Of a DNA stretch of 64,000 nucleotides, positions 9,987 to 18,807 are shown in pieces. The notes under the pieces were generated by a model. The model ran no database searches, was not told the DNA's origin, and saw only the letters and a list, made by a program, of their open reading frames with translations. Position numbers and translations under genes: made by a program. Origin of the DNA: Chloroflexota bacterium (GTDB lineage: Bacteria > Chloroflexota > UBA11872 > VXOZ01); the NCBI GenBank assembly GCA_963662335.2, contig CAXXVD010000002.1, forward strand, positions 384,001 to 448,000. The letters run 5' to 3'. Each line of letters opens with the position of its first letter. Within the stretch, counting starts at the first letter, position 1.

Positions 9987-11171
9987 CTACTCCTTGCCTG
10001 GCGCTGCGGTTGGGTCGTTGAAGAGCGTGCCGCCCCAGGTATCCAGCGTCGGCCGGCTCCAGGGCGTGGGGATGTTGCGGTACGGGCGCTTCAGCAACTC
10101 CTTCTCATCCAACTCGATGCCCAGTCCCGGCGCGTCCGGTATGCGCAGCGTGCCGTCCGGTTGGAGGACTTCCAGCGAGTCCACGGCGATGTCCTGGCGC
10201 CAGGGACAGCCAAAGAGGAACGACTCCAGAATCAGCACGTTGGGGATGCAGCCCACCGCTTGGAGCGTGGCGGCCATGGCCACCGGGCCGTAGGGATTGT
10301 GGGGCGCCACCGGGATGTCGTAGGCCTCGGCCCAGGCGGCGATCTTCTTGGCTTCCAGGATGCCGCCGGTGTGGCTGATGTCGGGCTGGATGACGTCGAG
10401 GAGTTGCCGCTCGATGTACTCGCGGAAGCCCCAGCGGGTGAAGAAGCGCTCGCCGGCGGCGATGGGCATGCCAATCCGGGCCTGGGCCAGTTTGGCATAG
10501 GCCGCGGGGTTGTCCGGCCGCAGCGGTTCTTCATAGAAGAAGGGCCGGAAAGGGCGCAGCGCCTCAGCCGCGGCAATTGCGCTGGTAACGTTGAGACGCC
10601 CGTGCACCTCCACGCACAGGTCTATGTCATCGCCCACCGCTTCGCGCACCGCCGCCACGCTGGCGGCCGCCGCGCGAATCTCCTGGTCGGATGCGGTAAT
10701 CCAGGAGGTGAACGGGTCCCACTTCAGGGCCGTATAGCCCTGCGCCACGACGTCCTGCGCGGCGGCGGCGAACTCGTCCGGCGTGCTCGCCCCTTCGAAC
10801 CAGCCGTTGGCGTAGACGCGCACCCGCTCCCGGCACGGCCCGCCCAGCAGCGCGTGCACCGGCAGGCCGGCGTCCTTGCCCTTGATGTCCCAGCAGGCCT
10901 GTTCCAAGGCGCTGATGGCGGTGTTGTAGACCGGCCCCGTGCCGCCGTACTCGCCCCGGTGCAGCAGTTGCAGGTTGGCCTCGATATGGCGCGGGTCCTC
11001 GCCCAGCAGCACCGCGCCGAGTTCGCGAATGGCAGTAGCGGCGGTGTGCTCTTTCCACGCCAGCGGCGCTTCCCCCCAGCCGTGGAGGCCGGTATCGGTG
11101 GTGACCTTGGCAAAGACCCAGTTCCACCACTGGCCGTCAACGATGAAGGTGCGAATGTCCGCAATCTTCAT
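9987..11171 (-). CDS. mandelate racemase/muconate lactonizing enzyme family protein (galactonate dehydratase-like)
   Basis: G.GE, ISALEQA.WDIKGK, YANGW, KWD, EVH, EEP, AAGER, QPD, PHN. Confidence 0.9.
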   Translation of the reverse strand: MKIADIRTFIVDGQWWNWVFAKVTTDTGLHGWGEAPLAWKEHTAATAIRELGAVLLGEDPRHIEANLQLLHRGEYGGTGPVYNTAISALEQACWDIKGKDAGLPVHALLGGPCRERVRVYANGWFEGASTPDEFAAAAQDVVAQGYTALKWDPFTSWITASDQEIRAAAASVAAVREAVGDDIDLCVEVHGRLNVTSAIAAAEALRPFRPFFYEEPLRPDNPAAYAKLAQARIGMPIAAGERFFTRWGFREYIERQLLDVIQPDISHTGGILEAKKIAAWAEAYDIPVAPHNPYGPVAMAATLQAVGCIPNVLILESFLFGCPWRQDIAVDSLEVLQPDGTLRIPDAPGLGIELDEKELLKRPYRNIPTPWSRPTLDTWGGTLFNDPTAAPGKE

Positions 11172-11180
11172 GAGCGCGCC

Positions 11181-11939
11181 TTAAGGTATATCCGCCTTGT
11201 GGAACACGCGGACGAAGTCGGCAAGATTCCGCGTAATCGCCTCCAGAAAAGCCTTGCCCTTTTCCGCCGTAGCCACGGTCGGATCGCCGGCCACGCCGGT
11301 GGTGCCCGGGTCGAACACGGGCCAGAAGTAGACCGGCCCGCCGGTGGGCATGCGCGTCGGCGGAATGCCGAGATCTTTGACCGACGTGCTCATGTCCACC
11401 AGTTCTTGCCGCAGGTGGAGCATGAGCGAGGTCTCGATCTCGCAGGCGTGGCCGACGTTCTTGCGCTCGCCCTCGACGATCTTCGCCATGTCCGCCGCCG
11501 CCAGGTCCCAGTAGGTGGCCGCAGCCACCTCGATGCCCGCCGCGCCCAGCTTGAGCGTGGTTGCCTTCATGGTCTGGTCGTTGCCGCCGTGGCCGTTCAG
11601 CAGCAGGATGTGGCGGAAGCCGTGCTGCCGGATGCAGGTCACGATTTCGCACAGCACCTGGGAGAAGGTGTCCACCGTCAGCGTGAGGGTGCCGGTGAAG
11701 TGCATGTGGTGGGGCGAGACGCCGGTCCACAGCGGCGGCGCGACGAGCACAGGCACCTCACCGGCAAGCGCCCGCGCCGCGGAAACGGCGGCCGTATGCG
11801 CCATGCAGATGTCCGTATCCACCGGCAGGTGGCGGCCGTGCTGCTCGATGGAGCCTACCGGCAGTATGACCACCGCGCCACGGTCGCGCATGGCGGCGAT
11901 TTCGTCCCGCCGCAGGTATTGCCACTCGTGCTTTTCCAT
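11181..11939 (-). CDS. creatininase family protein
   Basis: PVGSIEQHG.HLP..TD, S.HH, NGHGGN, HA.E.ETS. Confidence 0.93.
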   Translation of the reverse strand: MEKHEWQYLRRDEIAAMRDRGAVVILPVGSIEQHGRHLPVDTDICMAHTAAVSAARALAGEVPVLVAPPLWTGVSPHHMHFTGTLTLTVDTFSQVLCEIVTCIRQHGFRHILLLNGHGGNDQTMKATTLKLGAAGIEVAAATYWDLAAADMAKIVEGERKNVGHACEIETSLMLHLRQELVDMSTSVKDLGIPPTRMPTGGPVYFWPVFDPGTTGVAGDPTVATAEKGKAFLEAITRNLADFVRVFHKADIP

Positions 11940-12246
11940 GATGATCTCCTCTATATCCTAGCCGCTCGCGCAGCGATTCCGTGAGTCTACTGCCCGGTTT
12001 GGCGTCGGTCCCGCGCGTTACCCCGGTTCGTCATTCATGTGTGTGTTGACATCTACAATCCCGCGCAGGGGGCCGCCTTCGGGCCGGGCGGGGGATGAGC
12101 CTCCGCGCTACGTCAGGCGTGGCGCAATGGGGAATGCGCCCGGCGCTGCGTCTTTGGCTTCTTGCCGGGCGCTAGATTCCTCGCTGCGCTCGGAATGACA
12201 TCTATGCAAGCAACGTGATCGGCTTGGCCGGCAACGCCATCGCGGC

Positions 12247-13071
12247 CTAGCCGACGCCGCCTTGCGTGGAGTAGGGCTGGATCAACCTGGCGGCGCTGAG
12301 TGTTTCCAGCGCCTCGCCGCCGCGATACTCTACCGTGCGGGAATCGATCTTGGCGCACTTGTCGCCGTCGAAGTAGAGGCGGTCTACAAGATCCGTGCTG
12401 TTGTAGCGGATGCGCACCGTAACCGGCGCGGGGACGCGATAGGGCGCGAATTCGCGCGCGCGCCGCACGGCGCTGCGCGCTTGTACGTGCAGCAGTTCCC
12501 GCGCCCGGCGGGGCGACAGCATCCGCGCGGCGTGGCGTCCCAGGGCCTGCTTTACCTGCGCGGTCTCCACGCCGCCCAGCAATTGGCGGGCCTCGGCGCA
12601 GGCCTTGTCGTCGCCGGTCACCAATCCCACCGGCACGCCGTGCGCGCCGGCGATGGCCGCGTCGATCATGATCTCGCCGGCCGGCTCCCCGTTGATCCAA
12701 ATGTCCTGGTACGAGGCCGAACTCATGGTGTGGTCGCGCACCGCGTTCGCCGTGCCGGACATGGCGTGGTAGCCCACCAGCAGCATCACGTCGGCGTCCT
12801 CCAGGAAGGGGAACCGTTGCTGGTGCGCGCCGCCCATGATGTACTCCGCGGCCTCGTGCAGTTCCTCGTAGAGGAAGTTGAAACCGGAGGAGTGGGCGTC
12901 GATGACGAGCACGTCCGTCGCGCCCCCGTCCAGCGCGCCCTTGATCACGGCGTTGGTATCGTTCACCAGCGAGCGGCGCGCCTCCTGATAGAACAACCTG
13001 CCGTGCCCAAGCTGCTCGGTGATGACGACGCCGCTGATGCCTTCCATGTCAACGGCGATGTACGCTTTCAT
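12247..13071 (-). CDS. M55 family D-aminopeptidase (DppA-like)
   Basis: DMEGISG, DAH, VGYHA, HT, VTGDD, R.LSP. Confidence 0.9.
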   Translation of the reverse strand: MKAYIAVDMEGISGVVITEQLGHGRLFYQEARRSLVNDTNAVIKGALDGGATDVLVIDAHSSGFNFLYEELHEAAEYIMGGAHQQRFPFLEDADVMLLVGYHAMSGTANAVRDHTMSSASYQDIWINGEPAGEIMIDAAIAGAHGVPVGLVTGDDKACAEARQLLGGVETAQVKQALGRHAARMLSPRRARELLHVQARSAVRRAREFAPYRVPAPVTVRIRYNSTDLVDRLYFDGDKCAKIDSRTVEYRGGEALETLSAARLIQPYSTQGGVG

Positions 13072-13417
13072 GATGGCGCATCCTTTCCGGGGCAAGACCC
13101 TGGCTTGGTCTGCCGGCAGGGCGCGGCGGCGCGTGAACCGCGCGGGCCGTATCCGCGGCCGGACGAAGCGAGATTATTATAGTCGGTTCCCCTGTTTCCC
13201 GTAAATGCGCGCGGGCTTGGCTGACAGGTTCCCGCAACTGTGATACGCTCTCAAAGAGCGGTGTAGTGTGCGGGGGGCGCTGTTTGACTTGCGTATGGAT
13301 GCCGCAGAGAACGGGAAGCCGGTCTTCTCGGTGTTAGCACAATAGATTCACGGCGACCGCGGCGCCGGCGGCGGTTTTGGCAGGCGCGACGACGGTGAGG
13401 AAGGAAAGTAACCCACC

Positions 13418-15298
13418 ATGCGAGGTACGAGTAGGTCGATGAAGGCACTGCGTCACACACCGGGAGCGCTTGCCCTGCTGGTGTTCCTCTTCATGCTTAC
13501 GGCGGCGCCAATCCATGCGCAGGAGGGCACCACCTTTTCCGCGGCGACGATCACCGACAACTTCTATAACGACACGCTGGAGCACAATATCCCGAACCTT
13601 CAGGTCACGAGCAGCGGCGAGACGCACAGCGTCAACTTCCTCGACCACTATCGTTCCACCGGCGGTTTGACCCGGTGGGGGCATCCAACCTCCGAGGTAA
13701 TCGAGGAAGAGACCGGCAACCTGGCGCAATACTACCAGCGGGGCGTCGTGGACTGGCACTGGCGCGCCGATCTGGGGAGCTACGTGTTGGAGCGCCGCTT
13801 GGTGTGGGACTTCTTTGGCGGTGGGGCCGGCGGCAGCGTCGATCAAGGCGTTGAACCGGGCATCCTCAACCCGCACCCGGGCGACGTGGTCGGCCCCTGG
13901 GGCCACAAGGTTTCCGACTTTTCAATCGAGGGCATCTATACCGGATTCAAAGGGTTCTATGAATCCCTCGGCGGGGTGCAGGCCTTTGGCTTTCCCAAGA
14001 CCGACGCCCGCATCGATACCGGTGCGGACGGCACACTGCGCATTGGGACCGCCGGCTTCATCCGCCAGTACTTCCAGGCGGCCGTATTCGAGCATCATTC
14101 CGGTGACCCGGAGCCGGTCAAGCTGACGCTGCTCGGCGACGACCTGCGCAACCTGAACTACCCGGGCGATAGCTGGAAATCGTACGCGGCCTTCAATGCG
14201 GCAACTCCGCTCACAACCGGGGAGCAATACGCGGTGCCCCGCGTCATCAAGGGGCGCACGGCAAGCGGACGGCCCGCGCCCGCGCCGCGGCCGACGGCTG
14301 CGCCGCAAGTCACACCCGGCGTTGTGCCCACAACGCCGCCTGGCGTCGCGCCCGGGGCTACGCCCACGCCCATCACCGCGCCGCCGGCGGCGCCTACGCC
14401 GGCCGGCGTCACCAGCGTATGGTTCGCGACGCACGGCAGAGGGGTTTCGCACTTCGACGGCGCACGGTGGACGTATGAACGCGCCTTCGACTCCTCGCTC
14501 CCCGACGATCGTGTGCTTGACGTCTTCATCGACGACGCCGGCGCAAAGTGGTTTGCGACCCAGAACGGGTTGGCGCGGCTGCACAACGGCGCCTGGACGG
14601 TCTTCAATACGAACACGCGGGGCTTCCCGGGGAACAGGGTCACGTCTATCCATAGCCACGGCGGCCTCCTCTGGATTGGGACCGACGGCAGCGGCGCCGG
14701 CGCTTTCTTCAACAATACGTGGGAGTATTTCAGATCCGGGAACGTTTCCGGTCTCCCGAGCAACTTGGTGCGGGACGTGGTGGTATACAGCGCGCAGCCG
14801 CGGCGCGCGTGGCTGGCTACCGCCAACGGCGTCGCTAATTACAACGACGGCCAGTGGCAGATCCACCAGCAGGCACAGGGCCTTGGGAGCAACGATACCT
14901 TGAGTTTGGCAATCGTTGGCAGCCGTGTGTGGGTAGGCACGAACGGCGCCGGCGCGAGTGTATACGACGGCATAACGTGGACTACGCACAGCACGTCGAA
15001 CTCTAACATCGCGCACGACACGGTACGCAGCATCACCGTGGGGCCGGACGGCCGGGTCTGGCTGGGAACGGACGGCGGCGTCAGCGTCTACGACGGTTCC
15101 ACGTGGCAGAACTACAGCACGTTCAATTCCAGCTTGGTGCACAATAGCGTCTACGACATTGCCGTGGACGCGCGCGGCCGGGTCTGGATAGCCACCAATG
15201 CCGGCGCGAACTTGCTGGAGAATGGCCGCTGGACTCTGTTCCAGGTTGCCAATTCCCACATCGGGCACGATAGTCTCCGCGCTGTGGCCGTGGAGTAG
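13418..15298 (+). CDS. secreted protein: LGFP-like repeats + Pro/Thr linker + two-component-regulator-type beta-propeller
   Basis: Signal peptide; two GG...(W/F)G.P...QY(Y/F)Q repeats; seven W(F/I/L)(A/G)T..G...(Y/F)DG..W blades. Confidence 0.85.
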   Translation: MRGTSRSMKALRHTPGALALLVFLFMLTAAPIHAQEGTTFSAATITDNFYNDTLEHNIPNLQVTSSGETHSVNFLDHYRSTGGLTRWGHPTSEVIEEETGNLAQYYQRGVVDWHWRADLGSYVLERRLVWDFFGGGAGGSVDQGVEPGILNPHPGDVVGPWGHKVSDFSIEGIYTGFKGFYESLGGVQAFGFPKTDARIDTGADGTLRIGTAGFIRQYFQAAVFEHHSGDPEPVKLTLLGDDLRNLNYPGDSWKSYAAFNAATPLTTGEQYAVPRVIKGRTASGRPAPAPRPTAAPQVTPGVVPTTPPGVAPGATPTPITAPPAAPTPAGVTSVWFATHGRGVSHFDGARWTYERAFDSSLPDDRVLDVFIDDAGAKWFATQNGLARLHNGAWTVFNTNTRGFPGNRVTSIHSHGGLLWIGTDGSGAGAFFNNTWEYFRSGNVSGLPSNLVRDVVVYSAQPRRAWLATANGVANYNDGQWQIHQQAQGLGSNDTLSLAIVGSRVWVGTNGAGASVYDGITWTTHSTSNSNIAHDTVRSITVGPDGRVWLGTDGGVSVYDGSTWQNYSTFNSSLVHNSVYDIAVDARGRVWIATNAGANLLENGRWTLFQVANSHIGHDSLRAVAVE

Positions 15299-15428
15299 CG
15301 CCTCGCGCCGCTTCCAGGCGGTTGTTCACTACGATGGATTTGGCGCATGACAAGGCTTGGATCCTGTCCCCTCTCCCACAGGGAGAGGGTTAGGGTGAGG
15401 GCGGCGCGAGCGTTTGCGTGAACGGCTA

Positions 15429-16097
15429 ATGCGAGACCCGAAACGGCACCTCAAAGCGCTGACGTTCGCGGTGACGGTCTTCCTGATCACGTCATTCGCC
15501 CTGGCGCAGGTTTACCCGCAACTCTTTCCCTTCATGCCGTACGTCTGGCCGTACGTCAGCGGCGGCTCCTTGGCCTATGCCGGCACGGAACTGGAGAGCG
15601 CGCCCGCGCCGCCTTTCACGCTGCGCGACCAGCGCGGCGCAACGGTCTCCCTGGCCGACCGGCAGGGGAGCGTGGTGCTGCTGACGTTTCTCGACCCCCT
15701 TTGCACCGATGAGTGCGGGCTTATCGCCCAGGAAATCGCCGCGGCCTATGAGCGTTTGGGCGGGGACGCGCGGGACCTTGTTGTGCTGGCGATAAACGTC
15801 AATCCTGACGCGCAGACGCCGGCCGCGATGCACGCCTTCCTGCAAAGCCAGGGGCTTGGCGAAAGTCCGGCCTGGCATTATCTCGGCGGTGAGTGGGAAG
15901 CGGTGGCGGAGATCATCGGCTCCTACCACGTGGTGGCCGGCGGGCCGAAACCGGGCAAGCCGGGTGAGGTGGCGCACCAGGACGTGGTGTTCCTCATCGA
16001 CCGGCAGGGCAACCTGCGCGTGCTCGTCACCTATCCCGCGCCGGTCGGGGCCGCGCTGCGCGACATCATCGTGCAGCGGGTGCGGGAGTTAAGCTAG
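15429..16097 (+). CDS. SCO1/SenC family copper-binding protein
   Basis: N-terminal TM, P.F.L.DQ.G, CTDEC (CxxxC), conserved His in VAHQD, LID..G. Confidence 0.88.
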   Translation: MRDPKRHLKALTFAVTVFLITSFALAQVYPQLFPFMPYVWPYVSGGSLAYAGTELESAPAPPFTLRDQRGATVSLADRQGSVVLLTFLDPLCTDECGLIAQEIAAAYERLGGDARDLVVLAINVNPDAQTPAAMHAFLQSQGLGESPAWHYLGGEWEAVAEIIGSYHVVAGGPKPGKPGEVAHQDVVFLIDRQGNLRVLVTYPAPVGAALRDIIVQRVRELS

Positions 16098-17057
16098 TCG
16101 CTCCACGCGCTCGACGACGAACTGCGGTTGCGGCTCGACCTCCTTGCCGCAGGAGCTTGGGAAGCGGAGCAGGCGCTCCGGGGCTTCGCGCACCACAATC
16201 CGGTACCTTCCCACAGGCGCGGAATCGGACGCCACGTACGAAAGCGTCACCGTCACCGTGCCGTCTTCTCCATCGTCGGCCACGTCGCTGTGCATCCGAT
16301 ACGCCGCCCACGGCCAATCCTCGGCCTGCAAGACCGCCTGCTCGGCGGCCTGTTCCAACGGCGAGAGCCGGCCCCAACCGCGGTACTGGCGCGCCAGCGC
16401 GCCGAACGAGCCCTGGCGCGCGATCAGGTTCGGCAGGGAGTCCGGTGTGACGTAGGCGTAGTAGCGTCCCTCGGGAAGGTCGAGCAGCGTTGGGGCCATG
16501 CGGTGCCCGCCGAGATGGCTGCACCGCCAGACGCGCAGCGCGTCCGGGCGCGCGTAGCGCTGGCGGAGTTCGCGGTAGACAGCGAAGCCGAAAGTGGCGC
16601 AGCAGCGGTCGCGGCTGCCGTGGTTGCAGACCAGGATTTCGCGGACTTGCTCCGTTGCCTGCTCGTACGCGCGAAAGCGTTCAGTGTCTGCCGGGGCGTA
16701 GAGCAGCGCCTCCACCAGCGCCGGCAACTGGGCCGGGGGCACCAGGTACTCCCGCTTGGCGTAGGTTGGAGCGTCACCGGTGTGCGCGTAGAAGAAGACC
16801 CGGGTGCGCCCCGCCTGCGCATACTCCTCGTCAGGCACGAGCCCGGTCACGCGCGGCTCGATGCCGTCCCGCGCGGCGCGCGCCAACAGGTCCCGCACCT
16901 CGGGTGGGAACGTTGCGGAATCCGTTACTTCACGCTCCCACGGCAGCGGGCATTCGATTGCCAGGTGCGCGCCGTACGTGGGCGCGGAGCCAATCGGGTG
17001 AAAGCCCGCGGCCTGCGCGACGCGCGAACAGAACGGCGTACCTGTCGTTTGCGCCAC
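16089..17057 (-). CDS. sucrase/ferredoxin-like (Apd1/Aim32-type) protein
   Basis: E...PW, VCNHGSRDRCC, SHLGGHRMAP. Confidence 0.88.
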   Translation of the reverse strand: MAQTTGTPFCSRVAQAAGFHPIGSAPTYGAHLAIECPLPWEREVTDSATFPPEVRDLLARAARDGIEPRVTGLVPDEEYAQAGRTRVFFYAHTGDAPTYAKREYLVPPAQLPALVEALLYAPADTERFRAYEQATEQVREILVCNHGSRDRCCATFGFAVYRELRQRYARPDALRVWRCSHLGGHRMAPTLLDLPEGRYYAYVTPDSLPNLIARQGSFGALARQYRGWGRLSPLEQAAEQAVLQAEDWPWAAYRMHSDVADDGEDGTVTVTLSYVASDSAPVGRYRIVVREAPERLLRFPSSCGKEVEPQPQFVVERVERLA

Positions 17058-17161
17058 CCTCGTTCCTCTCCCGGCTCGCTGTGCACATTCCGGCGGTTCA
17101 CCATGCTACACTAGCAAGGATGCGAGCGCGGGGCAACGCGGCATAGAGGAATGCGCCGGGT

Positions 17162-17668
17162 GTGGAAACGCTAGACTATCTCCGGGTTGCGCTGCGCTGG
17201 GCGCACCTGAGCGCGGCGGTGGTGTGGATCGGCGGCACGTTCTTCTATCTCCTGGCGCTGCGGCCCGCGCTGGATACCGACGAGCGCGCCGGTGCCTGGG
17301 GCGCGCTCCGCCAGGCGGTGGAGCGGCGGTTTCACGAAGTCGTGCAGGTCTGCATCTGGACGTTCTTCATTTCGGGCGCGATCCTGACGTACGACCGGCT
17401 GACGACGGTGAATCCGGGGTTGGACTACATAGTCGTCCTGGTGATTAAGGTACTATTGGTAGTGTGGTTGGTCTACGTCTCCGGCGGGCTGCGGCCGGCG
17501 GGGGCGCGCAAGCCAATCGGTGGGCCGCGGCAGACTCCGCCTGGGAAGCAGCGCATGTTCCGTCGGCTACGCTCGCCGGTGGTGCAGATCGCCATCGTCG
17601 GCAGCGCGGTGCTGCTGCTGGCTGATCTCCTAAAGGTTATCGCGGAGAGCGCGCTGCGTTCGGTGTAG
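17162..17668 (+). CDS. CopD-like four-TM membrane protein
   Basis: RWAHL.AA..WIGG..F N-terminal motif; L.IK..L; directly upstream of ccmE. Confidence 0.6.
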   Translation: METLDYLRVALRWAHLSAAVVWIGGTFFYLLALRPALDTDERAGAWGALRQAVERRFHEVVQVCIWTFFISGAILTYDRLTTVNPGLDYIVVLVIKVLLVVWLVYVSGGLRPAGARKPIGGPRQTPPGKQRMFRRLRSPVVQIAIVGSAVLLLADLLKVIAESALRSV

Positions 17669-17689
17669 GCGCTAAGGAAGAGTTGCGGC

Positions 17690-18151
17690 ATGGCAGGCGA
17701 GGTTGCGGTAGCGCGCGTGGGCGGCAAGAGCCGCCGCCGGATCGACCTCAAGATCATCGTCGGCGGGGTCATCATCCTGCTGGCGGTGGCCTACTTGATC
17801 GCGGCGGCGCTGCCGTCGGGCACCGCGTACTACATTACGGTGAGCGAGTTGCAGGAGATGGGCGCGCGCGCGCAGGAGCAGCGCACCCGCGTCTCCGGCA
17901 ACGTGGTGCCCGGCACGATCGTGCGCAGCGCTGAGAGCCAGGACGTGCGCTTCCAGGTCGAGGACGAGAGCGGACGGCTGACCGTGGTCTACAGCGGTGT
18001 GCTGTCCGACATCTTTGGCGACCACGTCCAGGTGGTGGTGGAAGGCACCCAAGGACGGGACGGCGTCTACTACGCCGAGCAGGTCTTTGCCAAGTGCCCC
18101 TCGCGGTTCGAGGAAGCGCCCGCAAACGGCAGTGACTATGCGCAATCCTAG
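17690..18151 (+). CDS. ccmE: cytochrome c maturation protein CcmE (Cys-type)
   Basis: N-terminal TM, YY.TV.E, RV.G.V..G, V.Y.G...D.F, VVVEG, A..V.AKCPSRF. Confidence 0.92.
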   Translation: MAGEVAVARVGGKSRRRIDLKIIVGGVIILLAVAYLIAAALPSGTAYYITVSELQEMGARAQEQRTRVSGNVVPGTIVRSAESQDVRFQVEDESGRLTVVYSGVLSDIFGDHVQVVVEGTQGRDGVYYAEQVFAKCPSRFEEAPANGSDYAQS

Positions 18152-18388
18152 AGTTGCGAGAAACCGCGCTATGACAGGACGTGTCATTCCCGCGAAAGCG
18201 GGAATCCATCCGCGCCGCGCGGTTGGGCGCGAACCCAGGCGGGGGACGAGCCCCCGCGCTACGGTGGAGACGGTTTGACAGGTATTGGTGGGCCGAGTGG
18301 AGAAGAGCGCAAACAGGTGAAACGAGATTAGCCAAGCACAGGCGCGTAGAATCGCCGCGCCGGGACGAGCGCAAAGGAGGGAACGAGA

Positions 18389-18712
18389 ATGATACTCGCA
18401 ACGACGGAGCGGATACCCGGAAAGCGGGTGACCGCCGTGAAAGGCCTGGTGCAGGGCAACACCATTCGCGCCCGGCACGTGGGGCGGGACATCATGGCCT
18501 CGCTCAAGAACGTCGTCGGCGGCGAAATCGGCGAATACACGCAACTTATGACGGAATCGCGCCAGCAGGCCACGGACCGGATGGTGGCCGAAGCCGAGGC
18601 GTTGGGGGCGAACGCCGTGATCGGCATCCGCTTCGAAAACGCCGAGGTGATGCAGGGCGCGTCGGAACTGCTGGCCTACGGCACGGCGGTCGTGGTAGAG
18701 GACGAGGCGTAG
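18389..18712 (+). CDS. YbjQ/UPF0145 family protein
   Basis: TTE.IPG, GRDI.A.LK..VGGE...Y, A..LGANAVIG.RF, AYGTAV. Confidence 0.93.
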   Translation: MILATTERIPGKRVTAVKGLVQGNTIRARHVGRDIMASLKNVVGGEIGEYTQLMTESRQQATDRMVAEAEALGANAVIGIRFENAEVMQGASELLAYGTAVVVEDEA

Positions 18713-18807
18713 GCGAGCCGGCAGGCCGGTCTTGGCGCGGCCCGGCCTGGCCCGCGCCGGCCTGAGCGCCCGCGCCGCGCGGGAACGAGGCGCGCCGCCG
18801 CAACACT

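Noticed and set aside
9897-11984. 695-aa + strand ORF, and similar long ORFs at 32368-34104, 41097-42728, 28180-29655 and 18676-20211
   Set aside because: Antisense shadows of well-supported genes in high-GC DNA; no motifs
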